Source of the DNA: Nitrosopumilus sp.
Lineage (GTDB): Archaea; Thermoproteota; Nitrososphaeria; Nitrososphaerales; Nitrosopumilaceae
Assembly (NCBI GenBank): GCA_965238275.1
Contig: OZ250186.1
Span: 2,144,001 to 2,208,000 of the forward strand
Reading direction: 5' to 3'
DNA length: 64,000 bases
The notes beneath the pieces were generated by a model that did not search any database, was not told the DNA's origin, and saw only the letters and a list, made by a program, of their open reading frames with translations. The position numbers were made by a program, and so were the translations under genes. Below are positions 37,784 to 48,890 of this stretch, one piece after another; the first letter of the stretch is position 1, and each line of letters begins with the position of its first letter.

Positions 37784-39193
37784 CTAGATCATCTCCCGGA
37801 CATCTGTAAAATGCCCCCGGATTGCAGCTGCTGCTGCCATTACCGGACTCACCAGATGCGTGCGTCCGCCGGCGCCCTGCCTGCCTTCAAAGTTCCGGTT
37901 GGACGTGCTTGCGCACCGCTCGCCCGGGGCCAGGATGTCAGGATTCATTCCAAGGCACATGCTGCATCCGGCCTCCCTCCATTCAAAACCGGCATCGGTA
38001 AAGATTCTGTCGAGTCCCATCTCCTCTGCCTGCCTTCGGACCATCTGTGAGCCTGGAACCACCATGGCCCGTACGTGCGGGGATACGCGGTTCCCCTGAA
38101 CGATGCAGGATGCCTCTATCAGATCCTCGAGCCTTGCGTTGGTGCACGAGCCGATAAAGACGCGGTCGATGCGTATGTCCCGGATTGGTGTTCCGGGCTT
38201 GAGATCCATGTAGTCAAGGGCATTCTGGGCGCCATCCTCCCGGTTTGGATCGCCGCAGGCAAACTCGCCTGGGGGCGGAACGGCGTCAGTCACATCGCAT
38301 GTCATCTCCGGGTTGGTGCCCCAGCTGACCTGGGGCGCCATGTCGTCAATATTCATGACAAACCTCCTCTCAAAGGCTGCATCTGCGTCACTTTTGAGAT
38401 CCTCCCTCCACGAGTCCACAAGCGATTCGTAGTTTTCCGGCGTGTACTGCCGTCCCCGGAGATAGTCAAATGTCTTCGAGTCCGGCGCGACAAGGCCCGC
38501 ACGCGCGCCTGCCTCGATGGACATGTTGCATACAGTCATCCGCTGCTCCATGGAGAGATCCGAGATTCCCCGGCCGCAGTACTCGATTACCGTGCCCGTG
38601 CCGCCGCCGGTTCCGATGTTTTTAATGATCGAAAGTATGATGTCCTTTGCAGTCACGGCCCTTGGGTTCTTGGGCGACCCTTCCACCCTGATCTCAAAGG
38701 AATCCGGCTTCTCAAGCCACAGCGTCTGGGATGCCAGGACGTGTTCCACCTCGCTTGTGCCGATTCCAAATGCCAGCGCCCCAAAGGCGCCATGCGTCGA
38801 GGTATGGCTGTCACCACAGACAATGGTGGAACCTGGCAGGGTAATTCCAAGCTGGGGGCCGATAACGTGGACTATGCCCTGGTTGGGGCTGTCCATGTCA
38901 AAGAGTTTGATTCCAAAGTCCTGGCAGTTTTTTGCAAGCGTCTGGATCTGGACTGCCGATGTCTGGTCCAGCATTGGAAGGGTCCTGTTGCTGGTGGTGG
39001 GGACGTTGTGATCCATTGTTGCAATTGTAAGGTCCGGCCGCCTGACTCCCCTCCCATTCACCCGCAGTCCCTCAAAGGCCTGCGGCGATGTCACCTCGTG
39101 TACCAGGTGTCTGTCAACATACAGCAGATCCCGGCCGTCCTGCCGGGCCACCACATGGGCATCCCAGATCTTCTCAAAGAGGGTCCTTCCCAT
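37784..39193 (-). CDS. leuC: 3-isopropylmalate dehydratase large subunit
   Basis: [18 protein letters not shown] and CSMCLGMN. Confidence 0.94.
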   Translation of the reverse strand: MGRTLFEKIWDAHVVARQDGRDLLYVDRHLVHEVTSPQAFEGLRVNGRGVRRPDLTIATMDHNVPTTSNRTLPMLDQTSAVQIQTLAKNCQDFGIKLFDMDSPNQGIVHVIGPQLGITLPGSTIVCGDSHTSTHGAFGALAFGIGTSEVEHVLASQTLWLEKPDSFEIRVEGSPKNPRAVTAKDIILSIIKNIGTGGGTGTVIEYCGRGISDLSMEQRMTVCNMSIEAGARAGLVAPDSKTFDYLRGRQYTPENYESLVDSWREDLKSDADAAFERRFVMNIDDMAPQVSWGTNPEMTCDVTDAVPPPGEFACGDPNREDGAQNALDYMDLKPGTPIRDIRIDRVFIGSCTNARLEDLIEASCIVQGNRVSPHVRAMVVPGSQMVRRQAEEMGLDRIFTDAGFEWREAGCSMCLGMNPDILAPGERCASTSNRNFEGRQGAGGRTHLVSPVMAAAAAIRGHFTDVREMI

Positions 39194-39685
39194 CTAATCG
39201 CCCGGTTTGTACTTGAAGAGGCCGCCTGCGGCAATTATCTGGCCGATAATCTTTGAGAATGGCTTCATGGGATATGTCTGGTTTTTGGTAACGTTTCGTA
39301 TCTGGTTGGCATCCGTGTCAATCTCGACTGTGTCGCCTTCGGATATGCCCTCATACGCATCCTGTTCGATCTCGATTGGCAGCAGGAACGCGCCATCCAC
39401 CGCGTTTCGATAAAAGATTCTTGCAAAGGAGAGTGCGAGGACGGCCGTTATCCCCGAGTGCGACAGGGCGATTGGCGCATGCTCCCGAGACGAGCCGCAC
39501 CCAAAGTTTTTCCCTGCCAGTATCAGGCTTCCATTCTTGGCCTTGGAGTGAAAGTCGGGATCCAGCCCCTCCATGGCATGCGTTGCAAGCTCCGCATAGT
39601 CATGAATCTTGAGGTACTGGCCGGGAACGATTACGTCCGTATCGATGTTGTCCCGTGCGTACTTTATTATGCTGCCCCTCATCAT
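39194..39685 (-). CDS. Homoaconitase/isopropylmalate isomerase small subunit
   Basis: NIDTDVIVPGQYL and GCGSSREHA; archaeal-type paralogue. Confidence 0.88.
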   Translation of the reverse strand: MMRGSIIKYARDNIDTDVIVPGQYLKIHDYAELATHAMEGLDPDFHSKAKNGSLILAGKNFGCGSSREHAPIALSHSGITAVLALSFARIFYRNAVDGAFLLPIEIEQDAYEGISEGDTVEIDTDANQIRNVTKNQTYPMKPFSKIIGQIIAAGGLFKYKPGD

Positions 39686-40959
39686 TATAGATCCCTCGGG
39701 TCCGTGATTCTTCCGGTAACGGCAGACGCGGCTGCAACGAGCGGGGATGACAGGTATGTCTGGGATTCCACATGGCCCATTCTTCCCGGGAAGTTTCTGT
39801 TTGTGGTGCTGATGCAGATCTCGTCCTTTGCAAGCACCCCCATGTGAGCACCGCAGCACGCGCCGCAGGTTGGCGGCCCGACTGTCGCGCCCGCATCAAG
39901 AAATATCTTTAACAGCCCGTTCTCCATGGCGCGCCGGTATATCGATATTGCCGCAGGAAGTATCTCGGTTCTTATCCGCACTTTCCTGCCCTTGAGAATG
40001 CGCGCCGCAGCCTCCAGATCCTCGTACTTTGCGCCGGTGCATGAGCCGATGTATGACTTGTCCAGGTCCACTGACGGGGCATCCCTGACCGCCGAGACGT
40101 TTTCAGGCGAGAACGGTTTTGCGACCACCGGCTCCACCTCGGCACCCTCAATCTCAAACACCTGGGCGTACTCTGCGTCATCATCGCCCCTCACCAGACG
40201 AGCATCCGGTGCTGCTGCTCCCCTCTGTGCGAGATAGTCTGCCACCTTTTGATCCGGCTCGACGATTCCATTCTTTGCCCCGGCCTCGGTAGTCATGTTG
40301 CACAGGGTAAGCCTGCCCTCCACGGACATGGCATCAACGCCGGTTCCGCCAAACTGCATGGTTCTGTATGCGCCGCCGTCTGTTCCTATCTGCCCGATTA
40401 TCTTCAGAATCAGATCCTTTGCCATTACGTGATCAGGCAGCCTGCCGTTGATCTTAAAGTAGAGCGTCTCTGGAACCTTGAACCAGATCCTTCCGTTGAG
40501 CAGCACGTATGCCACGTCGGTGTGCCCCAGCCCGCATGCAAATGCCCCCAGGGCGCCAGTAGTGTTGGTGTGCGAGTCTCCCCCCACATACACGTCGCCG
40601 GGCATGACCAGCGCCTCCTCATGGGAGAGGGTATGGCATATTCCGTACTGGCCCATGCCGTACTTGAAGTGCTTCTTGATGCCGTATTCCCGTGTAAATC
40701 TGGATAATTTCACAATGTTTTCTGCAGAGATCTTCTCGGCAGAAGGGACAAAGTGATCCTCGGCAACCCAGACCCTGTCCGGATTCCACAGCCTGTCTGT
40801 CCGGATTCCCTGCGCCTTCAGCCTCTCAAAGACCTTGAGTACGCCGGGTCCGGATACGTCATGAACCATGACCTGGTCAACATCTGCAAAGACCACGTCG
40901 TCAGGGGATACGCTGGATCTTCCGGACGCCCGTGCAAGAATCTTCTCAACAATATTCAT
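39685..40959 (-). CDS. Homoaconitase/isopropylmalate isomerase large subunit
   Basis: DSHT, GSCTG, CGACCG and TNRNFPGRMG. Confidence 0.88.
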   Translation of the reverse strand: MNIVEKILARASGRSSVSPDDVVFADVDQVMVHDVSGPGVLKVFERLKAQGIRTDRLWNPDRVWVAEDHFVPSAEKISAENIVKLSRFTREYGIKKHFKYGMGQYGICHTLSHEEALVMPGDVYVGGDSHTNTTGALGAFACGLGHTDVAYVLLNGRIWFKVPETLYFKINGRLPDHVMAKDLILKIIGQIGTDGGAYRTMQFGGTGVDAMSVEGRLTLCNMTTEAGAKNGIVEPDQKVADYLAQRGAAAPDARLVRGDDDAEYAQVFEIEGAEVEPVVAKPFSPENVSAVRDAPSVDLDKSYIGSCTGAKYEDLEAAARILKGRKVRIRTEILPAAISIYRRAMENGLLKIFLDAGATVGPPTCGACCGAHMGVLAKDEICISTTNRNFPGRMGHVESQTYLSSPLVAAASAVTGRITDPRDL

Positions 40960-41138
40960 AACCGACAGACCCCGTCTTACAGATTAAAATCTTTTCAGGG
41001 ATGACGGGGATGCGGGGGGCAATCCACGCATGCAGCTGAAATATTTTGGGCCTGAACGGTGCGTATGTTCCCCGCAGCACCATATGAACGGTAAAATGGC
41101 AGAACAGTAAAAAAGAAAAAAAACCCCCAGACATCATC

Positions 41139-41939
41139 ATGCACCTAAGCGTCCTACCCCTTCTGGCAGACAGAATGAGGGGAGTCTTTGACATATTTGA
41201 GATGCTCTCAAGGACGCTGGAGAAGAACGGCGCAAGACTGCAGGACGGCGATGTTCTGGTGATCTCTACAAAATACGTATCAAACTCTCAGGGAAGAATT
41301 GTGGATGCCCAGAAGATCAGGGTATCAGGCAGGGGAAGACAAGTCTCAGAGAGGTTCAGGATGGAACCGGAGACTGCAGAGATCATCATCAGGGAGTCTG
41401 ATGAGATTATTGGGGGCATTGCAGGATTTGTCATCACGTCATCAGAGAGCATAATGGCGCCAAACGCCGGAATCGACAGATCCAACGCGGGGGGGGAAGT
41501 GATCCTCTATCCTGCAGAGTCGCATCTGACTGCAGAACAGATTCGCAGAAAGATCTTCCTGGGGTTTGGCATACACGTGGGGATAATTCTGGCAGACAGC
41601 AGACTGATGCCTGCAAGGGTCGGAACCTCCGGGGTTGCAGTAGCGTGTGCAGGGATCGAGCCGGTGCTGGACATGAGAGGCAGCAGGGATCTTGACGGAA
41701 ACCCGTTAAAGGTGACATTCCAGGCAGTGGCTGACAACCTGGCAACGATTGCAAACCACAAGATGGGCGAGGGCTCAGAGTCAAGGCCGTTTGCAATAGT
41801 CAGGGATTCGGGGGCAATACTGACAGACAGGAGGATCACGCCCTCAGAGACGACAGTGTCGCCTGACCTGTGCCTGTACGTCAGAGGACTCTCAGGCATG
41901 CACGCAGGCAGCAGGAGCAGCAACAGCAACAACAGCTAG
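41139..41939 (+). CDS. cofE: Coenzyme F420:L-glutamate ligase
   Basis: DVLVISTK, NAGIDRSN and MGEG. Confidence 0.88.
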   Translation: MHLSVLPLLADRMRGVFDIFEMLSRTLEKNGARLQDGDVLVISTKYVSNSQGRIVDAQKIRVSGRGRQVSERFRMEPETAEIIIRESDEIIGGIAGFVITSSESIMAPNAGIDRSNAGGEVILYPAESHLTAEQIRRKIFLGFGIHVGIILADSRLMPARVGTSGVAVACAGIEPVLDMRGSRDLDGNPLKVTFQAVADNLATIANHKMGEGSESRPFAIVRDSGAILTDRRITPSETTVSPDLCLYVRGLSGMHAGSRSSNSNNS

Positions 41940-42044
41940 AAGGGCCGTTCTGTTCTGAATGGATTGGTTTGAAGAATCCCGAGCATGCTGTGTGCTCATC
42001 GATGACCCGGATTGGCTGTTCCCGCATGACTAAAAACACGCCTG

Positions 42045-43050
42045 TCATCCCATGACGTTTGGATAGCAGGCATACGTGTCTGCCAATTCCTGCTGGCGTT
42101 CCACCAGCATGTTATGCCATTCTATCACGGACGCATGTTTTTCTGCCAGTTCGTTGTACTTGTCGGTATTCCACCCGTACTGTTCTACCGCCTCGTCGTA
42201 CTCTGCAAATATCACGCTGTATTCTTCTACCATTTCGTCATACCCTGCACCGCTCACGGCTGTCATCTCCACCCCAATACGGTCAAGATCGGCACCCATG
42301 CCATCCAAGGCCGCGTCTAGATTGGCAAATATGGTGTCAAACTCGGCAAACGCGGAGTCAAATGCCTCCAAATTCTCGTCGTGCATGGTAATCTCGCTGG
42401 CAATCTCGCCCATGTCCGTGTATAGTATTTCCTGCCCCACGAACCACTCGGCGCGTTTTTCCGGCACGGCATAACCGTTCCAATCAGACGTGGGCACACC
42501 GCCATTCCCGTACATCAGGTGTGACGTGTCATCGGTGTGGCCGAGCCCGAGGGAATGACCTATCTCATGCATTATGACATTTGTCACAAAATCATGGTCC
42601 CTCTGGACGAATTTTCCATTGCAGTCATAGTCGCCCAACCCGATATGGATATCGCAGTCGATGTAAGGGACGTTCAGCGGGCATTTGACCTCGCCGGCGC
42701 GCCCGTTTAACAACTTGTGCGTCCATATTATGTCGATCGCGCGTCAACGAACCTCAATCCGGGGTTTGACATTTCCCACGTGCCCAGCGCGTCCTCAAGT
42801 GCCGCAATCGGGATCTCCTTGTCCGGGATCATGTCCAGCCAGCCGCTTACGGAATAACTCACCGTCTGGTTATGCGCCAGAAAGCCAAGGCTTTGCATGT
42901 ATTCCAGCGCAGCCCACATTTCAGTCTCTTCAATAAGGCCGTCTTCCTCGTATTCGAATAACACGTCGATCCACGCGTCGGCCGAACCTGGAACGAATAA
43001 CAACATTACAAGGAATGCATATGTGGCTTTCGTTACTTACAATAGGCATT
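42045..43050 (-). pseudogene. Matrixin (M10) metalloprotease, frameshifted
   Basis: HEIGHSLGLGH plus Met-turn LMY. N-terminal part with signal peptide is in another frame, with a break at ~42730-42745. Confidence 0.75.
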
Positions 43051-43078
43051 CATTGCTTAAAACTGATCACTGGAAAGT

Positions 43079-44291
43079 GGGTGTGTCCTAGTAATAAAAA
43101 ATGCCATCCCATGTGCCAAGATGTCAAAGACACGATTGGTGCCAGAACCCGTCGGCATCAACAGTGCAGCACCGTCGATCCCCCACAACCCATAAAATCC
43201 CCCAAATCCAAGACGCTGTGCGGAGGCTCCGCTAGGAGGCGCGTGTCAAGACGCGCCGGTTACGCTGCAAGTATCGCGATTTGATCCTGTGTGAGCCTAC
43301 CGTCTTTTGCCTGCAATCTGGCCACGAGCTCGACGTTGTAGCACATGATGCGGATCGCAACCTCATTTGCCCGGTTCTCGTGTTTTCGGCATCTGGTGCC
43401 ATCCCCGTACATCTTCTTGAGGGCGGCAAAGACTGCCTCGATGATGCTCCGCTGGTGGTACTGCGAATCAAATTTGTCCCGATCATCCATGTACAGGCTC
43501 ACCATCTCGCGCCACGACTGGCTTCCCTTGGCGTTGCGTACGGTGTTGGACTTTGGCTTGATGCGGGGCACCATTCCCATGGCAGATATCATGTTGCACA
43601 TGAGCCTTGCCAGGTACGCAGAATCCAGGCAAAAGTCGCCGGTGCCCCGGCTTAGCCTGCAGAGCATCACATACAACCCGTTTATGTCTGCCACCGCGCT
43701 GTCTGTCACCATGCAGTCGATTATCACCCTGGTGCGGATATCCACGATTGCGTGCAGTTTGACCCATCCCTTCCTGGTGCGAAAACTGTCGGTCCTGACG
43801 TCAAGCCACCTGACAAACCGCAGGTACGAGTATCCGGTGCTGTCTGCTGCCAGGGAGCCTGCCTCCACCTCCCTGATGGCAATCCGGTGTGCCTCTGCCA
43901 GATACCATTCCGGGATCAGGCCGTAGGCGTGCGCTATCGTGCTCTTGGAGGGAATCCGGTCCAGGCCCATCTTGGCTGCCATGGTGCCGTTATTCCGGAG
44001 AATGCCGACCATCTTACGGTAGGTCGTGCGCTGTGCCTCAAGCATGATGCAGACAGCTGCCATGGCGCCAGGCGGATATGCAGTCATGCCGCCCAGGCCG
44101 GGCCTGACGGCGTACGGATTCCCAAGCTCCTTGATTATTCCCAGCACGGTATTCAGCATGAGACCAGACAGGTACTGCTGAACCAAATCGTATTGTCGTT
44201 GATCGCGTTTCTTTGTAGTCATTAGGCGATGCCGTGATCTGCCGATCCATATCTTTTGTCATCCGGGGGTATATGTCTCTAGGACACACCC
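43079..44291 (-). mobile_element. IS5-family element, complete
   Basis: 13-bp TIR GGGTGTGTCCTAG. 9-bp TSD CTGGAAAGT at 43070-43078 and 44292-44300. Confidence 0.93.
43260..44222 (-). CDS. IS5-family DDE transposase
   Basis: ADSTG, KLH, LDSAY and YHQRSIIE. Confidence 0.9.
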   Translation of the reverse strand: MTTKKRDQRQYDLVQQYLSGLMLNTVLGIIKELGNPYAVRPGLGGMTAYPPGAMAAVCIMLEAQRTTYRKMVGILRNNGTMAAKMGLDRIPSKSTIAHAYGLIPEWYLAEAHRIAIREVEAGSLAADSTGYSYLRFVRWLDVRTDSFRTRKGWVKLHAIVDIRTRVIIDCMVTDSAVADINGLYVMLCRLSRGTGDFCLDSAYLARLMCNMISAMGMVPRIKPKSNTVRNAKGSQSWREMVSLYMDDRDKFDSQYHQRSIIEAVFAALKKMYGDGTRCRKHENRANEVAIRIMCYNVELVARLQAKDGRLTQDQIAILAA

Positions 44292-44440
44292 CTGGAAAGT
44301 TGTGTACGCGTCTTGGCTCAGCGGCGTAAAGATCCATAATGATCAGGATCGGTGGGCCATGCACCGGATTCATGCCAAGCCGAAACTGTGCCATCGGAAC
44401 GAGTTTTTGCTTTAAATATCCCATTATGGATCACAATAAC

Positions 44441-44992
44441 ATGGAGTACATGACCAGATACCCCAAGACCATATCATTCCTTGACGGACTGAAGCACCAG
44501 ATTAATGCAGACAGCAAGGAGGGCGTCGAGCAGCTCCACATAGTAGTCAGAAAGAGCTTTGAGGAGATCACCAAGATCTTTGCAAAGGAGGGATTTACCA
44601 AGGTAAAGCTTGAGCACAAGCAGCCGGACCAGATAGGCAGCGGAATGAATCTGAAGCTGAAAAAGCCATGGGAGATACACGTAAGAATGGTCGACTTGAA
44701 GAAGGGGCTGATTGGAATCCAGGCAGAGGTAGAGGTCTCAAGGGACTATCTCCAGCACCTGTTCTCCCAGAGGACGCCAGTCGTCTACGAGATCGAGGAG
44801 ATTCTAAAAAAATACCAGGTGGAGTACAGCGTATGGCACAACAGAATCAGAAAGAACATACACACCATCATAGACAACTACAAGGTCAAGCTTGCAACGC
44901 CCAGCATACCCGTATTTGCATGGAAACCCATGCTGTTTGTAATCGGAACGATAGGCGCCTTTTACGGCTGGAAGTACTTTAACACCATCTAG
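44441..44992 (+). CDS. Hypothetical protein with C-terminal TM helix
   Basis: ORF with TTTAAA box about 25 bp upstream. Confidence 0.75.
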   Translation: MEYMTRYPKTISFLDGLKHQINADSKEGVEQLHIVVRKSFEEITKIFAKEGFTKVKLEHKQPDQIGSGMNLKLKKPWEIHVRMVDLKKGLIGIQAEVEVSRDYLQHLFSQRTPVVYEIEEILKKYQVEYSVWHNRIRKNIHTIIDNYKVKLATPSIPVFAWKPMLFVIGTIGAFYGWKYFNTI

Positions 44993-45321
44993 ATGCCAAG
45001 CATCTCGGCCTTGGTCAGTTCCAGAAACACCTTGTCCCCCACTGAAAGACCCATCTCCTTGTACTCGTGCATCTCAAGCTTCAACTGGGTGACTCCGGCC
45101 TGCGCCCCCATTCCGCCGCCGCCCATTCCGGAGAGCATCTTGTTGAGATCCTTCATCATGTCGTTCATGTTTGTGAATCCCATTACCTTTGGGGTGCCAA
45201 ACGGCGACGGCGGGTTCTGTGCCCCTTCCTGAAAGTCCTTTATCGAGGACAGCGAGACTACCACGTATGGTGCCCCGTCAGGCGAGGCATCAATACTTCG
45301 CACTACAAACTCTTTCTTCAT
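44989..45321 (-). CDS. Hypothetical protein
   Basis: MKKEFVV...MGLSVGDKVFLEL; TATA-like box upstream. Confidence 0.75.
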   Translation of the reverse strand: MKKEFVVRSIDASPDGAPYVVVSLSSIKDFQEGAQNPPSPFGTPKVMGFTNMNDMMKDLNKMLSGMGGGGMGAQAGVTQLKLEMHEYKEMGLSVGDKVFLELTKAEMLGI

Positions 45322-45620
45322 GTTATGGAATGGCGGTCTCTTGCCATATAATCTTAATTTTGGCAAAAGGCCGTTTGGACGGTATGTGGCGGCTTTGCAG
45401 CTCATCTGAGGGCAGAATGCGTGCTATTCTGGCCTGTAAGTATTCTGAGATATCCTCTGGCCGCATGTGGGGCCCGGTTCTGTCCGAGGCAGGAAATGGA
45501 ACCGTGTAGAATCCGTCAAAAAATGCCTGCACGCCTCAGATCGGGGCGTGGATTTGTGAACGGGCGGCAGACTGCATATCAATTCTGGCCGGATCCCATC
45601 AGGCATGCCTGCATTCATTT

Positions 45621-46394
45621 TCAGGCAATCCAGCGTGTTATGGAGTAGTAGTTTTTGTCATATTCAAAGATCCAAGACAGGTCGTATTTTTCGCGCCACC
45701 GATCAATTTGGCTAATGTCTGACCGGCTCAGGGCAACTGACACGTCAATGTTTTCCTGAATCATTCCTGTGGCGTTTATTGCCGACTGTACAGTCGGGAG
45801 TTGTGCCAAGTCCGTATCAGTCAGATCCACAAATTGGGACTGTGCGCGTTGTAACATGTATACCCCAACGAACGGTGGGTCAGGACCTCCGACCAGGACG
45901 TATTCATCAGAAAAGACGTAAAACGTCCCATCATGCCTGAAGAATTTTGAATCGGTGCGATACTCATAGCTGCCCGGATACATCGACTTGGTGTCCGGGT
46001 CAGGCTCGGATATTGTAAAATAGTCATCTACATTACCGCCATACTTTGCGACATGCTTTTGTGCGACATACCGGTGGTTTGCAAACATGTCATCATAGGT
46101 TGCAGACACCCGGCCTTCCGGACTCAGTGGAAAGTCTTCTGCAAGGGATTGCTCAATCAGGTCTCTGACTATGGGTGCCTCCCTCAGGGCATCATCACTC
46201 AGATGTTTAATTTCCAGATGCTCCAGTCCCTCCGCAGCGTCTGCCGCTTTTTGAAACTCGTAGTCAGAGTAACGTATGAGCCCGACCCCCTCATGGTAGG
46301 GCGAGACGCCGAGGGCAGACAGATAAAGCACGGCAAAGACGGCGGCAGATATTCCGACACTTCCGGTTATTTGCAGAATTCTCCCAGTCCTCAT
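45621..46394 (-). CDS. Membrane-anchored hypothetical protein
   Basis: N-terminal TM helix and two related L.D..L...P segments. Confidence 0.7.
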   Translation of the reverse strand: MRTGRILQITGSVGISAAVFAVLYLSALGVSPYHEGVGLIRYSDYEFQKAADAAEGLEHLEIKHLSDDALREAPIVRDLIEQSLAEDFPLSPEGRVSATYDDMFANHRYVAQKHVAKYGGNVDDYFTISEPDPDTKSMYPGSYEYRTDSKFFRHDGTFYVFSDEYVLVGGPDPPFVGVYMLQRAQSQFVDLTDTDLAQLPTVQSAINATGMIQENIDVSVALSRSDISQIDRWREKYDLSWIFEYDKNYYSITRWIA

Positions 46395-46471
46395 CCCCTG
46401 TTACCCCTTCCAGACACCATAACGATCAACTGTTTTGCCCAGGTTCTCTATTAAACAATTCATGCATGCCC

Positions 46472-47720
46472 GGCGTTGTCCACATTTTGATAATCCCGCT
46501 CTATTTCACACTATTTTTGGTTTATTTTGGCACCCCAAATCTGGACTCCGAAGGGAGTTTTGGTGTTGACAGGTTTACTATTAGTCGCTTTTGAGCCGTT
46601 TTCATCATGTGGTGTATAGCATCTGCTGGAACCGGAAACCGGCATTCTGCCCCTACAGGAGCCCTATGCTACCAGATTGTAACAGATGTTTCGCAGAATT
46701 ACCTGGAGCCTCTGCATGGGGAGCGTCTTTGCGGCCACTACGGAGCCGAACCTTTCCTTCATGGATGAAAACACCGACTCGACAGGGCTGCGTTGGTGAT
46801 ACACCTTCTCGAATCCGTCCTGATCCCGCCTGAACCAGCGGAGCATCTCTGCCCGGGGGTTGAAACCCTTTGCGGTGTGGTTCTTGCGGGGCCATATCAC
46901 CGGCTTCCTGCCGCTGTCGTAGATCATCTTGCAGTTGGCGCGTGCGTCATATGCCGAATCCAGCATGACGTGCCCGTCACCGTCTGGCACGCGGGCAATC
47001 ATCTTTCGGAATATCGGCGAGTCGTGGGTGCGTCCGGGCGTCACCATGCATGCGACGATCTTTCCATGGGGGGCCACCAGTATATGCAGCTTGACGAACT
47101 GACGCCTAGACACGATGCCCTTCTTGGCATCCTCCCAGTCGGCGTAGACGTTGATTGAGAATCCGGTTGCGTCCCCGAGGAGAGGACCGTGTGCATCACT
47201 GCCTGCCTGTCTTAGGATCGTCTCTGCCAGAACCTCCTGCTTTTCTGCCAACCTCTTGGCTGCCGCATGCAGGCACGATTTGGACGGAACAGCTTTTAAG
47301 CCGCATACGTGCAGTGAACCTGGGTTTGCCTCTAGGTACGAGACGTGTTCCCGGTATGAGTTGCCGCGAAACTCCTTGCCCATGAGGCAGATCAAGTAGG
47401 AGATCTCACGCCGGTCCTTATCAGATTTTGGTTTGAAGATCTCGTACAGGGTGGTGGCAAGGAATCGGATTCTGATTGATACTCGTTTCCCCTCTCCACT
47501 CCTTCTCACCTCGTATTCTTTGCTGTAGCCTTTCGGCCGCACCCATTTCTCCTTGTTTTCCTTGTCTTTGTCTTCCTTGGCTCTGTTCTTTGCCTTCCTC
47601 TTTTTTCTATTGGAATTCATTAATTGTGAGCGGGATCGGTGATCCAAAACTTTTCTGGTGTCTGACGCTAATGATCTTTAAGCGTAACGTTACTTTTTTG
47701 AGGAAGATGTGGACAACGCC
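46472..47720 (-). mobile_element. IS5-family element, complete
   Basis: 14-bp TIR GGCGTTGTCCACAT. 10-bp direct repeat ATGCATGCCC at 46462-46471 and 47721-47730. Confidence 0.93.
46664..47647 (-). CDS. IS5-family DDE transposase (start probably 47620)
   Basis: GDATG, KLH, HD, LDSAYD and YHQRSPVE. Confidence 0.9.
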   Translation of the reverse strand: MDHRSRSQLMNSNRKKRKAKNRAKEDKDKENKEKWVRPKGYSKEYEVRRSGEGKRVSIRIRFLATTLYEIFKPKSDKDRREISYLICLMGKEFRGNSYREHVSYLEANPGSLHVCGLKAVPSKSCLHAAAKRLAEKQEVLAETILRQAGSDAHGPLLGDATGFSINVYADWEDAKKGIVSRRQFVKLHILVAPHGKIVACMVTPGRTHDSPIFRKMIARVPDGDGHVMLDSAYDARANCKMIYDSGRKPVIWPRKNHTAKGFNPRAEMLRWFRRDQDGFEKVYHQRSPVESVFSSMKERFGSVVAAKTLPMQRLQVILRNICYNLVA

Positions 47721-47846
47721 ATGCATGCCCGACCAGCCTGTATGCGATGGCAAAGGCGGCATTACGGATGCGCAAGGGGCAGCATGCCTCCATAATGGAT
47801 GTCGGTGGTTGAAACTTTAATTACAAATTTTTATCAAACCATAACG

Positions 47847-48380
47847 TTGACTGAGCCGTTAAGAACCACGCTTCGATACTATGGGATCTCGCCGTGGGAG
47901 ATCGAGGTGCTGTACGGATTCCTCAACTCCCATTTTGTAGTGATCCAGGACGAGATCGAGCCCGATGATGAAAACTTTGTGAGTCTTTTGGACATGACCA
48001 TTCCGCTCCAGTTCAGCGAGACGTTCTTCCAGTGGTTCGGATTCAAGCGCTGGGAGAAGATCAAGGGCATCTTCAAGGAGATGAAGCGGAGGAGGGGCAG
48101 TGGCAACGCATTAAAGATTGTCATCAGGTTTCTGGGAAGGCCGGGGATCATATTTACCGTCGATGTCAATGACAGGCAGTGGTTTGACAACGCAATGGAG
48201 AAGATTGATTTTGTGCTGGAGCTGCTGCCGCACCATCTTGATCCGGGCAAGACGCCCCCGGACATCTCAGAGATCACATACAGGTTTGACCAGGAGACGA
48301 TAAGGTGGCGCCTTGATGCTGCCTCGTCAGGGGGCAGGAGGTATTCCTTCAGAGGCGGCTCGTGGGTAGGGGCTACCTGA
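47847..48380 (+). CDS. Hypothetical protein
   Basis: ORF with TTG start about 25 bp after a TTTAA box. Confidence 0.72.
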   Translation: MTEPLRTTLRYYGISPWEIEVLYGFLNSHFVVIQDEIEPDDENFVSLLDMTIPLQFSETFFQWFGFKRWEKIKGIFKEMKRRRGSGNALKIVIRFLGRPGIIFTVDVNDRQWFDNAMEKIDFVLELLPHHLDPGKTPPDISEITYRFDQETIRWRLDAASSGGRRYSFRGGSWVGAT

Positions 48381-48807
48381 GATCATCCTGTAGCGGTTCT
48401 AGCAGCCTGTAAAGCTCCTTGTACTTGGATTCAAGAAACTCAAGGGCGTCTCCAAGCTTTTTGGATTTTGCATACTTGAAGCGAATCAGTTCGCGGTGGT
48501 GCCAGTATGTGCTGCCCTGGCCAGAGGAGATTGTGGTGAAATAGTCCACCCCCTTTATGGCATCGGGCAGCCTTACATCGTACGGAAACAGCATATCCAC
48601 AATGAACCATTCATCCCCGTCAGGGTAGTCAGAGCCGGTCTCCACATCAAAGAATATGTGAAGCAGGTCTGACTGCATGAGGCCGTCGCCGTCCAGCAGC
48701 GGATGTCTTGCAGACGATCTCTTAAAGTCCAGATTTACAAGTTCGGGTTCAAAGAACCCCCGGATTATGGATCGACGAAATATCTGGTTTGCCTTGCTGA
48801 TATTCAA
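48373..48807 (-). CDS. Hypothetical protein
   Basis: 144-aa ORF convergent with the previous gene. Confidence 0.72.
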   Translation of the reverse strand: MNISKANQIFRRSIIRGFFEPELVNLDFKRSSARHPLLDGDGLMQSDLLHIFFDVETGSDYPDGDEWFIVDMLFPYDVRLPDAIKGVDYFTTISSGQGSTYWHHRELIRFKYAKSKKLGDALEFLESKYKELYRLLEPLQDDLR

Positions 48808-48890
48808 ATATTAGTATTTAACGAAACTTGGCTATAACCTCTTAGGTCGACCATTTAAAACAGATCCACGCCCACAAAATAAGAATACAC

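Noticed and set aside
37201-40959. Two leuC/leuD-like pairs as a novel duplication
   Set aside because: Explained by known paralogues: isopropylmalate isomerase plus a homoaconitase-type isomerase.
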